Shown piece after piece: positions 1-12,100 of a stretch of 64,000 nucleotides of DNA. Numbering within the stretch: the stretch's first letter is position 1; each line of letters begins with the position of its first letter. The notes under the pieces were generated by a model that had not been told where the DNA came from, made no database searches, and was given only the letters and a program-made list of their open reading frames with translations. Source of the DNA: Chrysemys picta bellii (lineage: Eukaryota); NCBI RefSeq assembly GCF_011386835.1, contig NC_088811.1, positions 2,356,001-2,420,000 on the forward strand, written 5' to 3'. The translations under genes and the position numbers were made by a program.

Positions 1-1717
1 AGGACAGCTTCTTCTTATGCCTTTTCAGCATTTCTACACTGGGAGTAGGCTAAAACGTTCAGACAACAGGTTCAGGAACCCCATCTGTTCCTCATGCGAG
101 GCAGACCTGTAACCATGAGTCCACTGAGCCAACCCACACCTTCCCTTTTCACTGTATTAATTTTGCTTTTCACCTCCATGTCCTTTGCACCGAAGTTACT
201 TTTTTGTTCCTGGTGGGTTTGCCCAAACAACAAATGATGACAAAAAGGAGTGGCTGGAATTAAAGAAGATTCTATGAAAGCACCCCACTGAATGTGCTCT
301 TGTGCTGGTCAGAGTCCCAGAGATCTCCACAGGAGATGCTGCTCAGATTGCATTTATTTAAAGAACATTGCTCCTGCTGGATGAGAGTGTTTAACTCAGC
401 TCCTTTACTGCACACCAGAGAAGGCTGGAAGATGAACTGTTTATCAGTTCAGATTTTGCTGGCTGCAAGAACTGTCTCTGTTGATTGTATTGGTTCCTGT
501 TACTGGAACAGTTGTTGGGAGAAAATCTGGAGGATCACACTGGATTCTTCATGCCTTGAAATGGTGCTTCTTAGATCCTCCTCTCCCTGGTATTTTTCCT
601 ACCCGGGGAAGCTGCTCACACCCTAATTTATGGATTTGGTGCTGTTGAGATAAAGGGTTAATTCAGGCTGATTTACTGATGCTGCCAGGACTGTTCCTGA
701 AACGTGCAGTGTTATTTTTGTTGTGATTAGCAAAGCTCCTATCCTTGCCTTTGTGAGGATCCCAAGTGTGGATTAGAATATTATCATGTGCAGCCTTTTC
801 CCCAACAGCACTTTTTATAACGAGATGGGCTGAAGTCGCGGTGGCTGATTCTCATCCACACTAAGGCCTAACAGCTTAAAGAGGCCTTAAAGGAGGTAAA
901 AATGTAATTTACACCCACACTACCTGCTAAATGCAATTTACACTGCCTGAGAAGTGCAAAGTGAAGTGTAATGAGACTCAATCCCCCAAAGATCAGACCC
1001 CCATCCAAACTCTCCCAACTTTTAGGGTGTTCAGATGTTTATTTGCAGCCCATCTCTATGATGATAATAAGAGAGAATTTTGGATACATTCTATAGGCAG
1101 GACCTGGCGATAGTGGGTAAGAACAGTGTCCCCAGACAAGCAGAACATTCTCTCCTTTGCTTTTTGGTAATTCCAGTCTCTGCCAGTGGATTATTTTGGG
1201 AAACTGGGCAAGTTGCTTAACCTTTAGAGTTGATCAACATTTTTCAAATTTCAAAATTTTGATGAATTTTTTAATTGAGATTCCAAATTTTGCACAAAAC
1301 AAAAAACCAAGAAAACACAACAGGAAAAAGTGTGATTAAATTGCTATGATTCCCCCCCTTATTTTTAACTGGGTCTAATTAGAACATCAACAAAGCTAAA
1401 GCTCATTGCTGCATTGATCTATAGACAATGACAAGAATAGGAAGAAACCACACATGTACGGCTGGGTCCCAAATAACTGTGTTTACTAACTGTACATAGA
1501 ATATCAGGCCTAGCTTCTTACACATGCTGCTCTGATTGGTTTGTGGTGCCTTAGGTTGTGTCTCTATTGGAATAAAAGACTTGCGACACAGCCACAGCTG
1601 GCCCAAGTCAGCTGACTTGGGCTTGTGGGGCTAAAAATTGCTGTGTAGACGCATGGGCTCGGACTGGAGCCTGGGCTCTGGGAGCCTCCCCGCTGGCAGA
1701 GTCCCAATGTCTACACA

Positions 1718-1920
1718 AAATGACAAAGAGTTATCTCTAGACTGATTCTTGCCTGCATATTTATACCTGCCTCTGGAAACTTCCACTACATGCGTCTGAC
1801 GAAGTGGGTATTCACCCAAGAAAGCTCACGCTCCAATATGTCTGTTAGTCTATTAGATGCCACAGGACTCTTTGTAGCTTTTTACAGATCCAGACTAACA
1901 CGGCTACCCCTCTGATACTT
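1718..1920 (+). mobile_element. Penelope-like element, 3' pseudo-LTR fragment
   Basis: About 1755-1880 aligns by eye with the reverse complement of the tail of the GIY-YIG-coding element at 31338-31470. It is flanked by the 12-bp direct repeat AATGTCTACACA (1706-1717 and 1921-1932). Confidence 0.8.
1792..1831 (+). ncRNA. Minimal type I hammerhead ribozyme motif (Penelope pLTR), copy 1
   Basis: GCGT-CTGACGA-A-GTGGGT(ATTC)ACCCAA-GAAA-GC-TC-ACGC. Stem I GCGT/ACGC, conserved CUGANGA and GAAA cores, palindromic AGCT stem III, and a G-A mismatch at the base of stem II. Confidence 0.7.
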
Positions 1921-2109
1921 AATGTCTACACAGCAATTTTCCAACCCCACAGCCTGAATCCCAGGAGCCTCAGTCAGCTGACCCAGGCCAGCTGCAGTTG
2001 TTCAACTGCTGTGTAGAGGTACCTTTCCTACCTTCTATAACATAGGGCATGGTGAGCACCACTAGAAAGCTCACAACTATTTAAAGCGATACTCCCCTAT
2101 CCCTATATA

Positions 2110-2225
2110 CTACAGCAGGAGACAGCTTTCGCTGGGTCTGGTTCAAGGCTGTGGAATGAACTCCCACAAAATCTAAGAACCACTTCAAACCTCTCCATTT
2201 TTTGTTCCACGTACAAAGCATTTTT
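2110..2225 (+). mobile_element. Old LINE fragment (L2-like, 3' region)
   Basis: GGAGACAGCTTTCGCTGGGTCTGGTTCAAGGCTGTGGAATGAACTCCCAC resembles the end of L2/CR1-clade ORF2 (RAFS...LWNELP-like). Degenerate. Confidence 0.45.
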
Positions 2226-5200
2226 TTTTGTTTGTTTTTTGTTTTGCACAGCAAACACCTAATTTTGCCTTTGGAAATAAAATGGTAAAGAATCTCATAT
2301 GTCAAATGCAAGTCAGATTGGGTAATGCACTTCTGGAAGGTGTTCAAATACTGCAGTGAGCAGGGTGGTATAAGAGTCTCATTGAGCAGAACAGAACAAG
2401 GTCAGTAAATCCTTTGACCATTTGACTTGTGTCATGCCGTTTCCTCCTACCCTTTGACTGTCAGTCTGTCTTTTATGCTGTAAGCTCTTCAGAGCAGGGA
2501 CTGTTCTTCATTGTCTGAGTGAAGGCTTTAATTGTATTTTTCACCATAAGACATAGTTTCACAGCTGTTTGCCTGTAATTCTGTAATCGCATATGCCTTT
2601 AGAATTTTTAACACTAAAGCATTTTGTGACACAGTTTCTATGAAACACACCACATAAAGAAAGTTTATTGTTGCAGTCTTTCCTGTTGTTATAGGACTTA
2701 AAGTAAAGAAAGCTAGTACTAAATTTCCCTTGACACATTAAATGCAATGAAAGTTGCAGAATGATAGGATTGGGACACAAAGTCAAAGTTCTGTTGAGAC
2801 ATAGACTTCATCGGCACCCTAAGGAAATGCTACTAATAGCACCTTATAAATGCTTCAAAAGATTCAAAAAAAGAGATAAGCTTTTGTGGGATAGGAAATG
2901 ACAGTATTGAATCCCTTTTTCTGCAACGCAAACAATAAGCATGTTAGCGCTTTCATGCAGGAGAGCTGATCTCCAAACTGCACTGTTGGCACTTTCATTG
3001 TGGTACCATATGTCGTGTTTGATTCGCTTTTATCTTTTCCCGCTTGCTTTATTGGCTCTTGCAAACCAGTGATGGTGTTCCAATGAAAATGAAATATGTT
3101 ATTTCAAGAGAGTAGTGATTGTAATCAAGCAGAAAGGAAACACACGACAGAAAACAACTCTATTGTATGCTGGTACTTAATGTTTGAAGAGGCTCCTTTT
3201 GCAAAGAAGAAATTCCATTTTATAATGAGGTTTTACTATTCTATTTTCCATTGAGCTTCTGATTTCACTAGCAAAGATGTCATCCCACTTCCCAACGTAT
3301 GCCTAATGTGAGAGTCTTACATGGGCAATAGAATGCTAAACTCAGCCTGAAGAAGATCTGTACTCAAGGTTTGAAGAAGTTTTCCCCCGTCTTTAATTTC
3401 CTCATAACAACTCTGTAAGTCTTGGGTCCTTCAGAGGCCAGAAGCAAGAGCACTGAAATACCATAAACCAAGCTGTGTCAGGAATAATCTGTCCTGACTG
3501 AAAGTTGGAAGAAAAGAAAATCTTGAAAGACAATGCTGATCTCTCACCATTTCCAGACCAAGTTTCCAATTCTAAGGGTAATGGATGGAAAGCATTTGAA
3601 ATTTTATGAGCTTATCTAGCTAGAGCCCAATACATCTGAACTTCTGAATCATTTGAACTAATCATTAGAGCAATTTCCCTCTGAGGGCCCATGTTGGAGG
3701 AAGTGGAAACTGTTCTGATATTATATAAATAAACCAAAAGCATTCCCAAACTCCAGAAGAGCCCAAGCATTACAGCACTCTCTCTCTCTCCCCTTTTCAT
3801 TTATTCATTCTACATTCCTGAGGCATCTTCTTTGTCCTCACTCAGCCACACAACAATGGTCATGCAGTGACTCATCCAAGTTATTCTGTGGGGTGTTGCA
3901 TTGTGTGAAGTGATCTATGTGGGTTTCTCGGTTTTGGTTTTTTCTGTGCTGTGAGAACATGCTGCCCACACAATATTAAGAATAATCACTCTGTTGTGGC
4001 TAATGTTAACTCAAACTATAATTAATTGAGTTATAAGGTTATTCATGGACAAGGAGTGAGGGTGTAACCTTGAAATCATTCTGCTGGGGTTTCATAGAGG
4101 TATTTCTTCCTCTCTTCTAAATAAGGCTGTGCAATCCCATCTCTTAATATGGGGATGTTTAATATGCCCTCAGCGTGATCATCTTACATAAGCATTGAAA
4201 CACAGATAAGGAAATGCTATCGTTTATGGAAACTAAGGAAATGCAGTGCCATGGAGCTTCGGAGCACAGAGAAATTGGGGAGAAATGAAAGAAGGTGGGT
4301 GCAGCAATGTTAATAAATGCCCGGGCAGGGAAGGGTCTAATCACACTGGCCAGGAGGGTGTCTGTATGTGCGTGCGCTGGTTGCATTGCTGCGTCTGGTG
4401 CTTCTATTTTCTCTGGAAATGCAGAAAACTTCAGTTTTCAGGGGCTGTCATTCAGACACTTTTCTTGAGAATTAAATGCACTTAAAAATGGTATTTTTAA
4501 ATACTTAAAAAAATAATCACATTAAAATGCCCCCACGCTCTCTTCCCAACCCTCAAGCTGAACACGCTTTAAATTATCCTGCCTAAGAGGGGAAAGCTTG
4601 TGTGGGATATGAGGCTATTGTTAATTTCATGCTATTCAAACAGAGCACAACAAAAACAGAATTGTAATTTTAGCTTCCTACACAAAAAGTGACAGTTATC
4701 TTGGCTTCTAAAATAATACTTGCCTTGTCTTTCTGGAACTGGAAAATTTCTGTGAGCAGCAGATTAACACTAACAGGAGAATAATCTCTAAGTGTTCATG
4801 CATGCTGACCTTGGTACGCATGACAGGACCCCATCATGGCCTATGGGAGCTGCATCCCTTACTTCCTCTCTAAAGGGTCGGATGATCGTTAATAATTCAG
4901 CCCATGCACTGGTATTCAACATGGGACAGGATCCGGGCTGTATCAAAGACACCAACGATTAACATAAAAACATAGGACAGCTTTACTTTTAGGATAAGGA
5001 GCCAACACAGGTGTAATGACCTCTTCTCGATGCCATCATGGAAACAGCCAAGATGGCTAAAGGCATCTGGCTTCTTCGGTCAGTCTGGTGGTTGGAGGGA
5101 ATCCTCTCAATGATCCACCTTCTCTTAATGGCTAAGATCATCCAACCCAGGCGTAGATCGGAGCTTTCTGGGTATTCACCTGGAGGTTCTTTTTCAATAG

Positions 5201-5544
5201 GGCCCATCAAACAGCCAGGTGCAAGGACTCTTTTAGTTTCCAATCACTGTCTGACCAGTTTGAGTAGCTGCCCTTTGAGAATCGACGTCCGAGTCTCTGG
5301 TTGGATTTTTCCCTCAGTGGGAACTTGTGCCAGTTCTGCCCCAATGTCACTCAACTGAGCTCTGTGCAGTTACTCCTGATTTACGCCAACATGAGGTGAA
5401 ACAGGACCTTGGTGTTGAGTCCATTCTGAGTCCACGTGAGGAACCCACCATCCCTTACACTGGGGCCCCAAGATGTTCCTGCTGACTATGCTAACAATTA
5501 CTAGCACAAGGAAGGTTTGTGCTGCAGATCCTTAGCAAATTAGA

Positions 5545-5828
5545 AAAGCTGGATGGTTTTTGGTTAAGAGATGGGACTGGGACCCAGGACCCCTGGGTTT
5601 TATTCCCAGCCCTGCCAGAAGCTCCACATGTGACCTTGGACAAAGTGGTTTAGTTTCCCTGTGCCTCAGTTTCCTGTCTGTAAGAATGGGCAACATAATC
5701 CTTCCTTTTTCCAACTCTTGGTTTGTCTTGTGTATTTAGACTGTAAGCTCTTTGGGACAGGGACTGTCTCTTACCTGCACAAGCCCAGCAGGATGGACCC
5801 CCAATCTCAGCTACAAATAGTAATAATA
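5545..5828 (+). mobile_element. MIR-like CORE-SINE, near full length
   Basis: tRNA-like head, then core TGTGACCTTGGACAAAG...CTGTGCCTCAGTTTCCTGTCTGTAAGAATGGG, then L2-type tail TAGACTGTAAGCTCTTTGGGACAGGGACTGTCT and a TAATAATA end. Confidence 0.75.
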
Positions 5829-6406
5829 GCTACTGGGTGAGCTGGATGGAGAGGGAATGCAGGAGCCTGTAAAGTACAAACCTAGTAGAGAAGCTTGAAA
5901 GGATGAAAATTATCTAGTGTCTCCTTTGCCAGACAGACTCACTGGGGGATGGGGAGGCAGCAGCTCTTAAAGAGGCTTCATTTTCCATTTTCACGAGAAC
6001 ACCTGTCTTTATTTTCTAAGGAGAATTTTCCTATCCTCTCTCCTGCCACTTCCTAATTGATTCACGGTTTCCTCTAAGTATATCTGTGGCACTTAGATAC
6101 AATGGTGATGGGGCTTATATGTACCTAGATAGATAGATGGATAGTATAGACACATGCAATCTCAAATGCCATCTGGCACGTTGGTTTAACAACTGTTTGT
6201 TGCATCAGCAAGATATTCACCTGGGCTCAGATCTTGCAATCTGATCTATGCAGTCAGAGCTTCATGCCTGTGCAGGATCCTGTTGAAATCTGTGACTCCC
6301 CACAGGTACAAGGGGTGACCTGTGTGAATCCGATGGCAGGATCTGCTCCTGTTAGTGTAATGGAGGGAGTTACAGACGTTTACATCAGCTTCTTCTTTTT
6401 TTTTTT

Positions 6407-6587
6407 TAAATGGAGTTCTCATAGAACTGGAAGGGACCTTGAAAGGTCATCAAGTCCACTCCCCTGCCTTCACCAGAAGGACCAAGTACTGATTTTTGCC
6501 CCAGATCCCTAAGTGGCCCCCTCAAGGATTGAACTCACAACCCTGGGTATAGCTGGCCAATGTTCAAACCACTGAGCTATCCCTCCC
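6407..6587 (-). mobile_element. Tortoise-type PolIII SINE (tRNA-derived head, CR1-derived tail)
   Basis: The reverse complement begins GGGAGGGATAGCTCAGTGG (A box) and contains GAGTTCAATCC (B box). Near-identical to 55082-55270. Confidence 0.9.
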
Positions 6588-7842
6588 TAGTCATCAGGTA
6601 GAAGCTACAAAAAGCAAGTAACTGCTGTAAAAATTAAGAGTAGTTTAGACTCGTCTACCGAGATGACAAAGAAATCCATGTCAATTGAAAGAGCTCTTCT
6701 CTGGGGGATTATACAGCTCTTTGATTAGGTTGTTTCTGCTGTACAGAGAAGTAACTGAGCAGAAAGAATGATTGGTGTTTGCATTACACAGACTCTGCTC
6801 TTTGGGCCTTGGATATATGCTATTCAAGGGCACTGTGGTGCAGTCCTCATCCGGAAATGGAAACCGGACATTCATCTGGAAGTTAGGCTCACTGCTCTTC
6901 TACATTTTTATCTTTAGTATCTTTTCTAAGCGGCTACACTTAAAATTTAACTTTTTAATTAGAGATGGGAAAACAGACTAGAGGTACCATTTTAGAAGTT
7001 CCTAAGCAGTTCAGGAACCTAAATCTCATTGAATTTCAATGGGACTTAGAATTTTTCAGATCTCAGAAAATGTACTTTTTGTCCTAGCATCAAATATTCA
7101 AAAGCATGTAAATGACTTAGGAGCCTGTCTTCCCCTCAAATCTACAGCTAGGTTAGTCCCACTCTATTTACAGAGCATCTGTATCGTGGAGAGCAGCCAT
7201 CTGACTATTTATCTCTTCATGCAACTTTATACAGCTTAGAAACATCTTGAGACATCCTTCTAAATTAGACTTGATAAGCATGTTGGGTAAAACTGTTCCA
7301 AAACATTTCAGCAGATGCCCTTTGAAAACTGTTCTCTATATTTAGATGCAGCCTAGTGTACATCAGCCGCAATTTACTGTAATCTGGATGAATTATTTTC
7401 AAAATGTCCCAAGTCCCTGAAGCAGTTTCTGATTCTGAGATCCGGGACTATCTTTTATTGTGAGATTTTGCCATTTGTTGCAGAGACGAGATTCTTCAGC
7501 TGGTCAAGACTCGTGCAGAATTTAGCTCTCTCACATCCAAGTTCTCTGCTTCCACACCCCGGCATATAAACTCCTTTGGCTTTGGCTCGTCAATAGTTCT
7601 AACTTTAGAGACCTGCCTTCAGCTACTCAGACATCTAATCATCTCTCACATTCCAATTTAGTACTTCGTTCTTTGATTGTTCAGACAGGAGACTCCTAAA
7701 TGTGCATTAAATGCTTTGTATATTGTGATATAAGGACTGCATAATATTTTTATTACAAGTTATTAAGGCCTGGACATATTCTGTAGTTAAAAAGATGAGC
7801 CTTGAAAAACTTAGTGAAACTTTCTCTCTCATTTCTGTATTT

Positions 7843-7871
7843 CTCTCTCTCTCTCTCTCTTTTTTTTTTTT
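7843..7871. repeat. (CT)n followed by a poly-T tract
   Basis: Directly visible. Confidence 0.8.
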
Positions 7872-8683
7872 TATTGCTAGGGATGTCTGTATGAAAAAGG
7901 GCTATTCAGGAAACAAAGATGCTGTTTTTATGCAAATGTCCCTAACAATAGAGAACATACAAGGAAAATACAGACTATATCTGCCGCATAGGCAGAAGTG
8001 TCTCTAAATGGAATGTTTTCCAACAATTTTACCATGTGGTTTTGGCAGTACGATAAGTTGTGTAGAATCTTGGGCTATGAATCTGGGGCTTTATCCTAGA
8101 CAGCTCAAGCATTTGGAATCTGAGAAGTCAAGAGCTGTCACTGCAACAGCCACTTCAAGAATCGTACCTCCTTGTGAGAATTCAGCATTTAAAAACTACA
8201 TGGGAATAACTCTGGCCAGAAACTCTGCAAGACAGGTTAAGGTTTCGTAACTCCTCCAACTCCTACTTCTACTCTGAGTCACACGTTGTTTTAATCAGTA
8301 GCTCACACAGCATTTTTAACACAAGATTTTTTCAGACAAACTGACCTTTTTATTGCTGTCTAGTGAGAGGAGACTCAGACTTGTGGAACTAGGGACATAG
8401 CCTGTATCATTATTCCTACCAAGTCACTGACATGGGAGGGAGATAAGCAGTGTTCCTGAGAACATGCTAGAGCTTAGCACTGTGGACCATCTGACACGGT
8501 CATTGTTAATACTCTCCTTCATCCTGTTCACCAGGCCACCCTCCTCCCTTCATTTAAATCTCACCCAGTGACTCACGGCTGGGGCATGATCTACAGCTTA
8601 GAGACTCAGTCGGTTCATAACTTTATCTATGTTCCACTGGCCAACCCCCTCCCTGTCTGCCTGTTTAGCCTCTCCCCGCATGC

Positions 8684-9144
8684 TGTTTGACTCACCCTCC
8701 CTTACGAGGAGTTATCTAAGTTTTAAAGCAGCAATTCCTTGGGGGCAGGGACTTGTCTAGCTATCTCCAGAGTGAGGTTCCCCAATCTAGGTGCAAACTC
8801 TGCTGCCTCCTCAGTCTCTCTCTAGACTAAAGATCTTCTGAGGGATCCCCCTTACTAATTCTCCTCTTCCAAGCTCATAGCCCTCATCACGGAGGCTCTC
8901 CCCTCCCCAGAGGGGGAGACACCTGGCAAGTCTCTCTCCCAACCCTCTGCCTGAGCATTTTGAAGAACTGCCTCCCTCAGCAACAAGCCACCACTAACCA
9001 AACTCAGCTTGCTCTTATATTCCCCAGCAGGCCTTGTTTCTAGTCACATGCTCCCATCACATGACCCCTGGATTAATTCTCTCCACCTGCAGAGATGGGC
9101 GGAGCCTGGCACAGGAGCAGCTGAGCCCCAGCCCACCTGTGACA
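8684..9144 (-). mobile_element. Putative solo LTR (Gypsy-like)
   Basis: The minus strand starts TGTCACAGG, has TATAAGAG about 125 nt in, and ends ...GGTGAGTCAAACA. Flanks GCATGC and GCATC form only an imperfect TSD. Confidence 0.45.
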
Positions 9145-12100
9145 GCATCTAACACACTATTGGGCAAGGTGATGGTAATTATCAAGCCAGGAAATGAGAA
9201 TGTGAGCATGATACCAGCCTGCTCCTCTCTAGGTCCTGGGGAACAAAAATCACCTTTCTCAGCTCCTCCAATAGTTGTCACCATTTTTCTGGTGGGATTT
9301 TCACTAATTTTTTTAAATCAGTTTTAAACAGAATAGATTCAGGTTTTGGTTGCCAAAAATAAAATAAAGCAACCCCCTGTATTAGTTTAAAAAATAAAAA
9401 TAGTTGGTTTTCAGTTTTTCAATGAAGTAATAAGTGAAAATGTAAGGGTCCCCCCCCCAAATGTCTTGTCTTGTAAAAAAAAAATTACCAAAAAATATTT
9501 AATGGGAAACTTTTCTATCCATTCTATGCTTGAGGCTCCATTTCTCCAGGAACCACCGCCCACTGCAGGTAGGAGGAGTTGCTCTGGGACAGCTTGTCTT
9601 GAGGCCTTATATCGTCAGGTTAATTAGGACTCTGAAGGTTTTTGTGATTAAAATTCTCTGAGCTTTCATGGAGGTTCTGCCAGCACTTTGATGGGTAAAA
9701 GCTGTGAGCGTGGATGGACCTCTTTGTCCCTTGACTTTCAGATAAAGCTCATGCTTGTGAAAATGTGTTCTCTTTCCCATTACCAGGATGAAACTGAGAC
9801 TGCATAAAAAACCCCTAATTAAACAAAAGATCATCATAATATTTGTTGGGTGTTTGCCAGCTGTCTAATAAGACATTACCGAGTATCTTTATTAGTTCAA
9901 ATGAATATTTAGACTCTGTGCCAAACTGAAAGATGAGACTTATTTAGAAATGGCAGGGTAACATTAGGCAAATGTTTTCCTATCTGTTAATGAGGTTTCT
10001 AACTTAGAATGTATTCCTAAGTGCACCTTCAGCAAACTGAAACAATAGTCATTATACTTAAGTCATAGCACCTCTGCTTCAGGGCAATTACCATATTTAA
10101 ATAAATAAATAAAAATAAAAAAACCTAAGGGCCAAATTTGCATCAGTGGGGGCCATATGCCCCAGCTCTCAAACAGAATTGGCTCTATAAGATCATGTAT
10201 CAGGCAGCTAAAGCTTAGGGCTATCTCGTCAAAATATACATGCCAGAAATTAAAAATAAGGATGCTCATGTGCCTAACCAGACGCTTACATACAGAAGTG
10301 GCCACACACAACTGCTTAAACCATGTGCAAATGTGAGACTGCGCTGACATTACTTTGGATTTACGCTAATGTAACAGAGAACATCACTTGGCCGCGCCTT
10401 TGGTCAAATCCATCTCCATCTTGCTAGCCATTTTGGTGCAAAATCCTTTGAGGGGACATTTGATCACCCTCCCTGAGATTTGTAATGGGTGGGCGAATGG
10501 GGGACAAACCCGCCTCCCTACTGCCAAGCTGCTGCTTACTTGGGTGTATTCTGCAGGCTTTGAACAGGGCCCCGGCTAGGTGGAATTGATCCTTTCACTG
10601 TTAGGTCTCCCTTTCCAATGCAACATGGGCTGGTTTCATTTTTCACACACAGCTGTCCACGTAGCACTGACATCACCTCAACATCTTGCTGAGAGCCTAA
10701 GGAGGCCTGTAAGGTTCAGTCACTCAGTTCAGCAGGTTGAGCCATTCAGACAGTGCACTTTGCATGAAAAGCTCGGCATTCAGTTAGGAGGGCAAAGGCC
10801 TTTAATCTATCTCCTGCTTTCAGAGAGATTTATTTTTATTCCCTCTCGGAACCTATAATGAATTTTTAACACTTGCTCTCACAAGGTTATGTGGACTGTG
10901 AAAAATAGTGAGAAACTGAATCAATAAATAATTTATCAAAATATTCCCTCATCTGCTTATTTCAGGGTTAGTCTCTGATGCAACCCCACCATCCCAACTT
11001 GATGACACAACACCCAAAGTCTGCATGAGTGTGGAGAGATGCTCATGTCAGTTCACCAGACTCACGGTGGGATGCTGAGGCACTCCAGGAGTACGCTGTA
11101 TAAAGATACATAGGTACAAACATTAAACTGGACCTCTCTTCTCCAAGTAGGGTGCAGGTCCACAGCCCACCTCAGGTGAGGGATAGTCACACAACAAGGA
11201 TGCTCCATATAATTACAAATTAGGGCTGTAAGAATTTGGGATAAAAAAAAGGATCCAAATTCCATCCTGTGTCTCTTTTACAAGCCTTCTGGCTCAGAGG
11301 ATCCATACTGTCGTTCAGTAGGATGATCAGAGAAACAGATGACCAGCATTCTCTCTGTTGTCATGGTCCTAAATGTCACATTTTATTAAAAAAAAATTGT
11401 TTTCACCTTGCTAGGGAGGAAAGGCTGCTTTGCCACTGAAAAAAACAGCTGTGAAAATTATGGGACGGCTTGACTTGGTAGGCCCATGCCTGAATTAAAT
11501 AAAAATAAAAATCTAAGGAGGTCAGATCACTGAATACTCCCCAGGTGTTTCCTGGCATCTGGATAATCCGTAGCCTAGGGCTAAGCTAAAGGCTGCTGAA
11601 GTAACTGGAAAAACACCCATTGGCTTCAGAGAGCTTTTGATCAAATCCTTAGGCCCAGAACCTCAAAGATATTTAGGTGGCTAATTTTCACGGACATTTA
11701 TCCCCGTCTATAAATTATTCAGAATTTCTTCAGTTTGCCAGGATGCCAAATATCTTTCTTACTCTTCACCTAGTTGCCTCAGCAGGATATTCCATATGAT
11801 TTCAATGTAAAGTGGATTGTACATGATAATAGTATTTATCCAACAGTGTTTCTAAACTGAACAGCGCATGTTCCAAACCAAAGAGAGAATATTTCCTTGC
11901 TCTCAAGGATGTTTTGTGATGGCTAAGAGGCATTGGCAGAGAGGGAAGAAGTACAGTACAGCATCTCTTTGCATGCTCACATCTTCCCATTCTATGATAA
12001 TTGCTTTTAAATTATCCATAGCTATGTTTATTATTTCTAGAAAGAAAACCAGGTGGACCAATTTTTTAAATTCATAAATAATTAGGGGAATTAATGACAT

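Larger units (their letters stand above)
1554..2023. mobile_element. Non-autonomous DNA transposon (PIF/Harbinger-like MITE), interrupted by a Penelope fragment
   Basis: Degenerate termini GGTTGTGTCTCTA... and ...GTGTAGAGGTACC resemble the GG(G/C)TATGTCTACAC-type ends seen at 22865 and 47193. Flanks are TTA and TTT. Internal GTGTAGAC/GTCTACAC and TCAGCTGAC motifs are present. Confidence 0.6.

Noticed and set aside
4989-5358. Overlapping sense and antisense ORFs (84 and 106 aa)
   Set aside because: No recognisable motif in any of the frames I translated, and no convincing splice-site pair.
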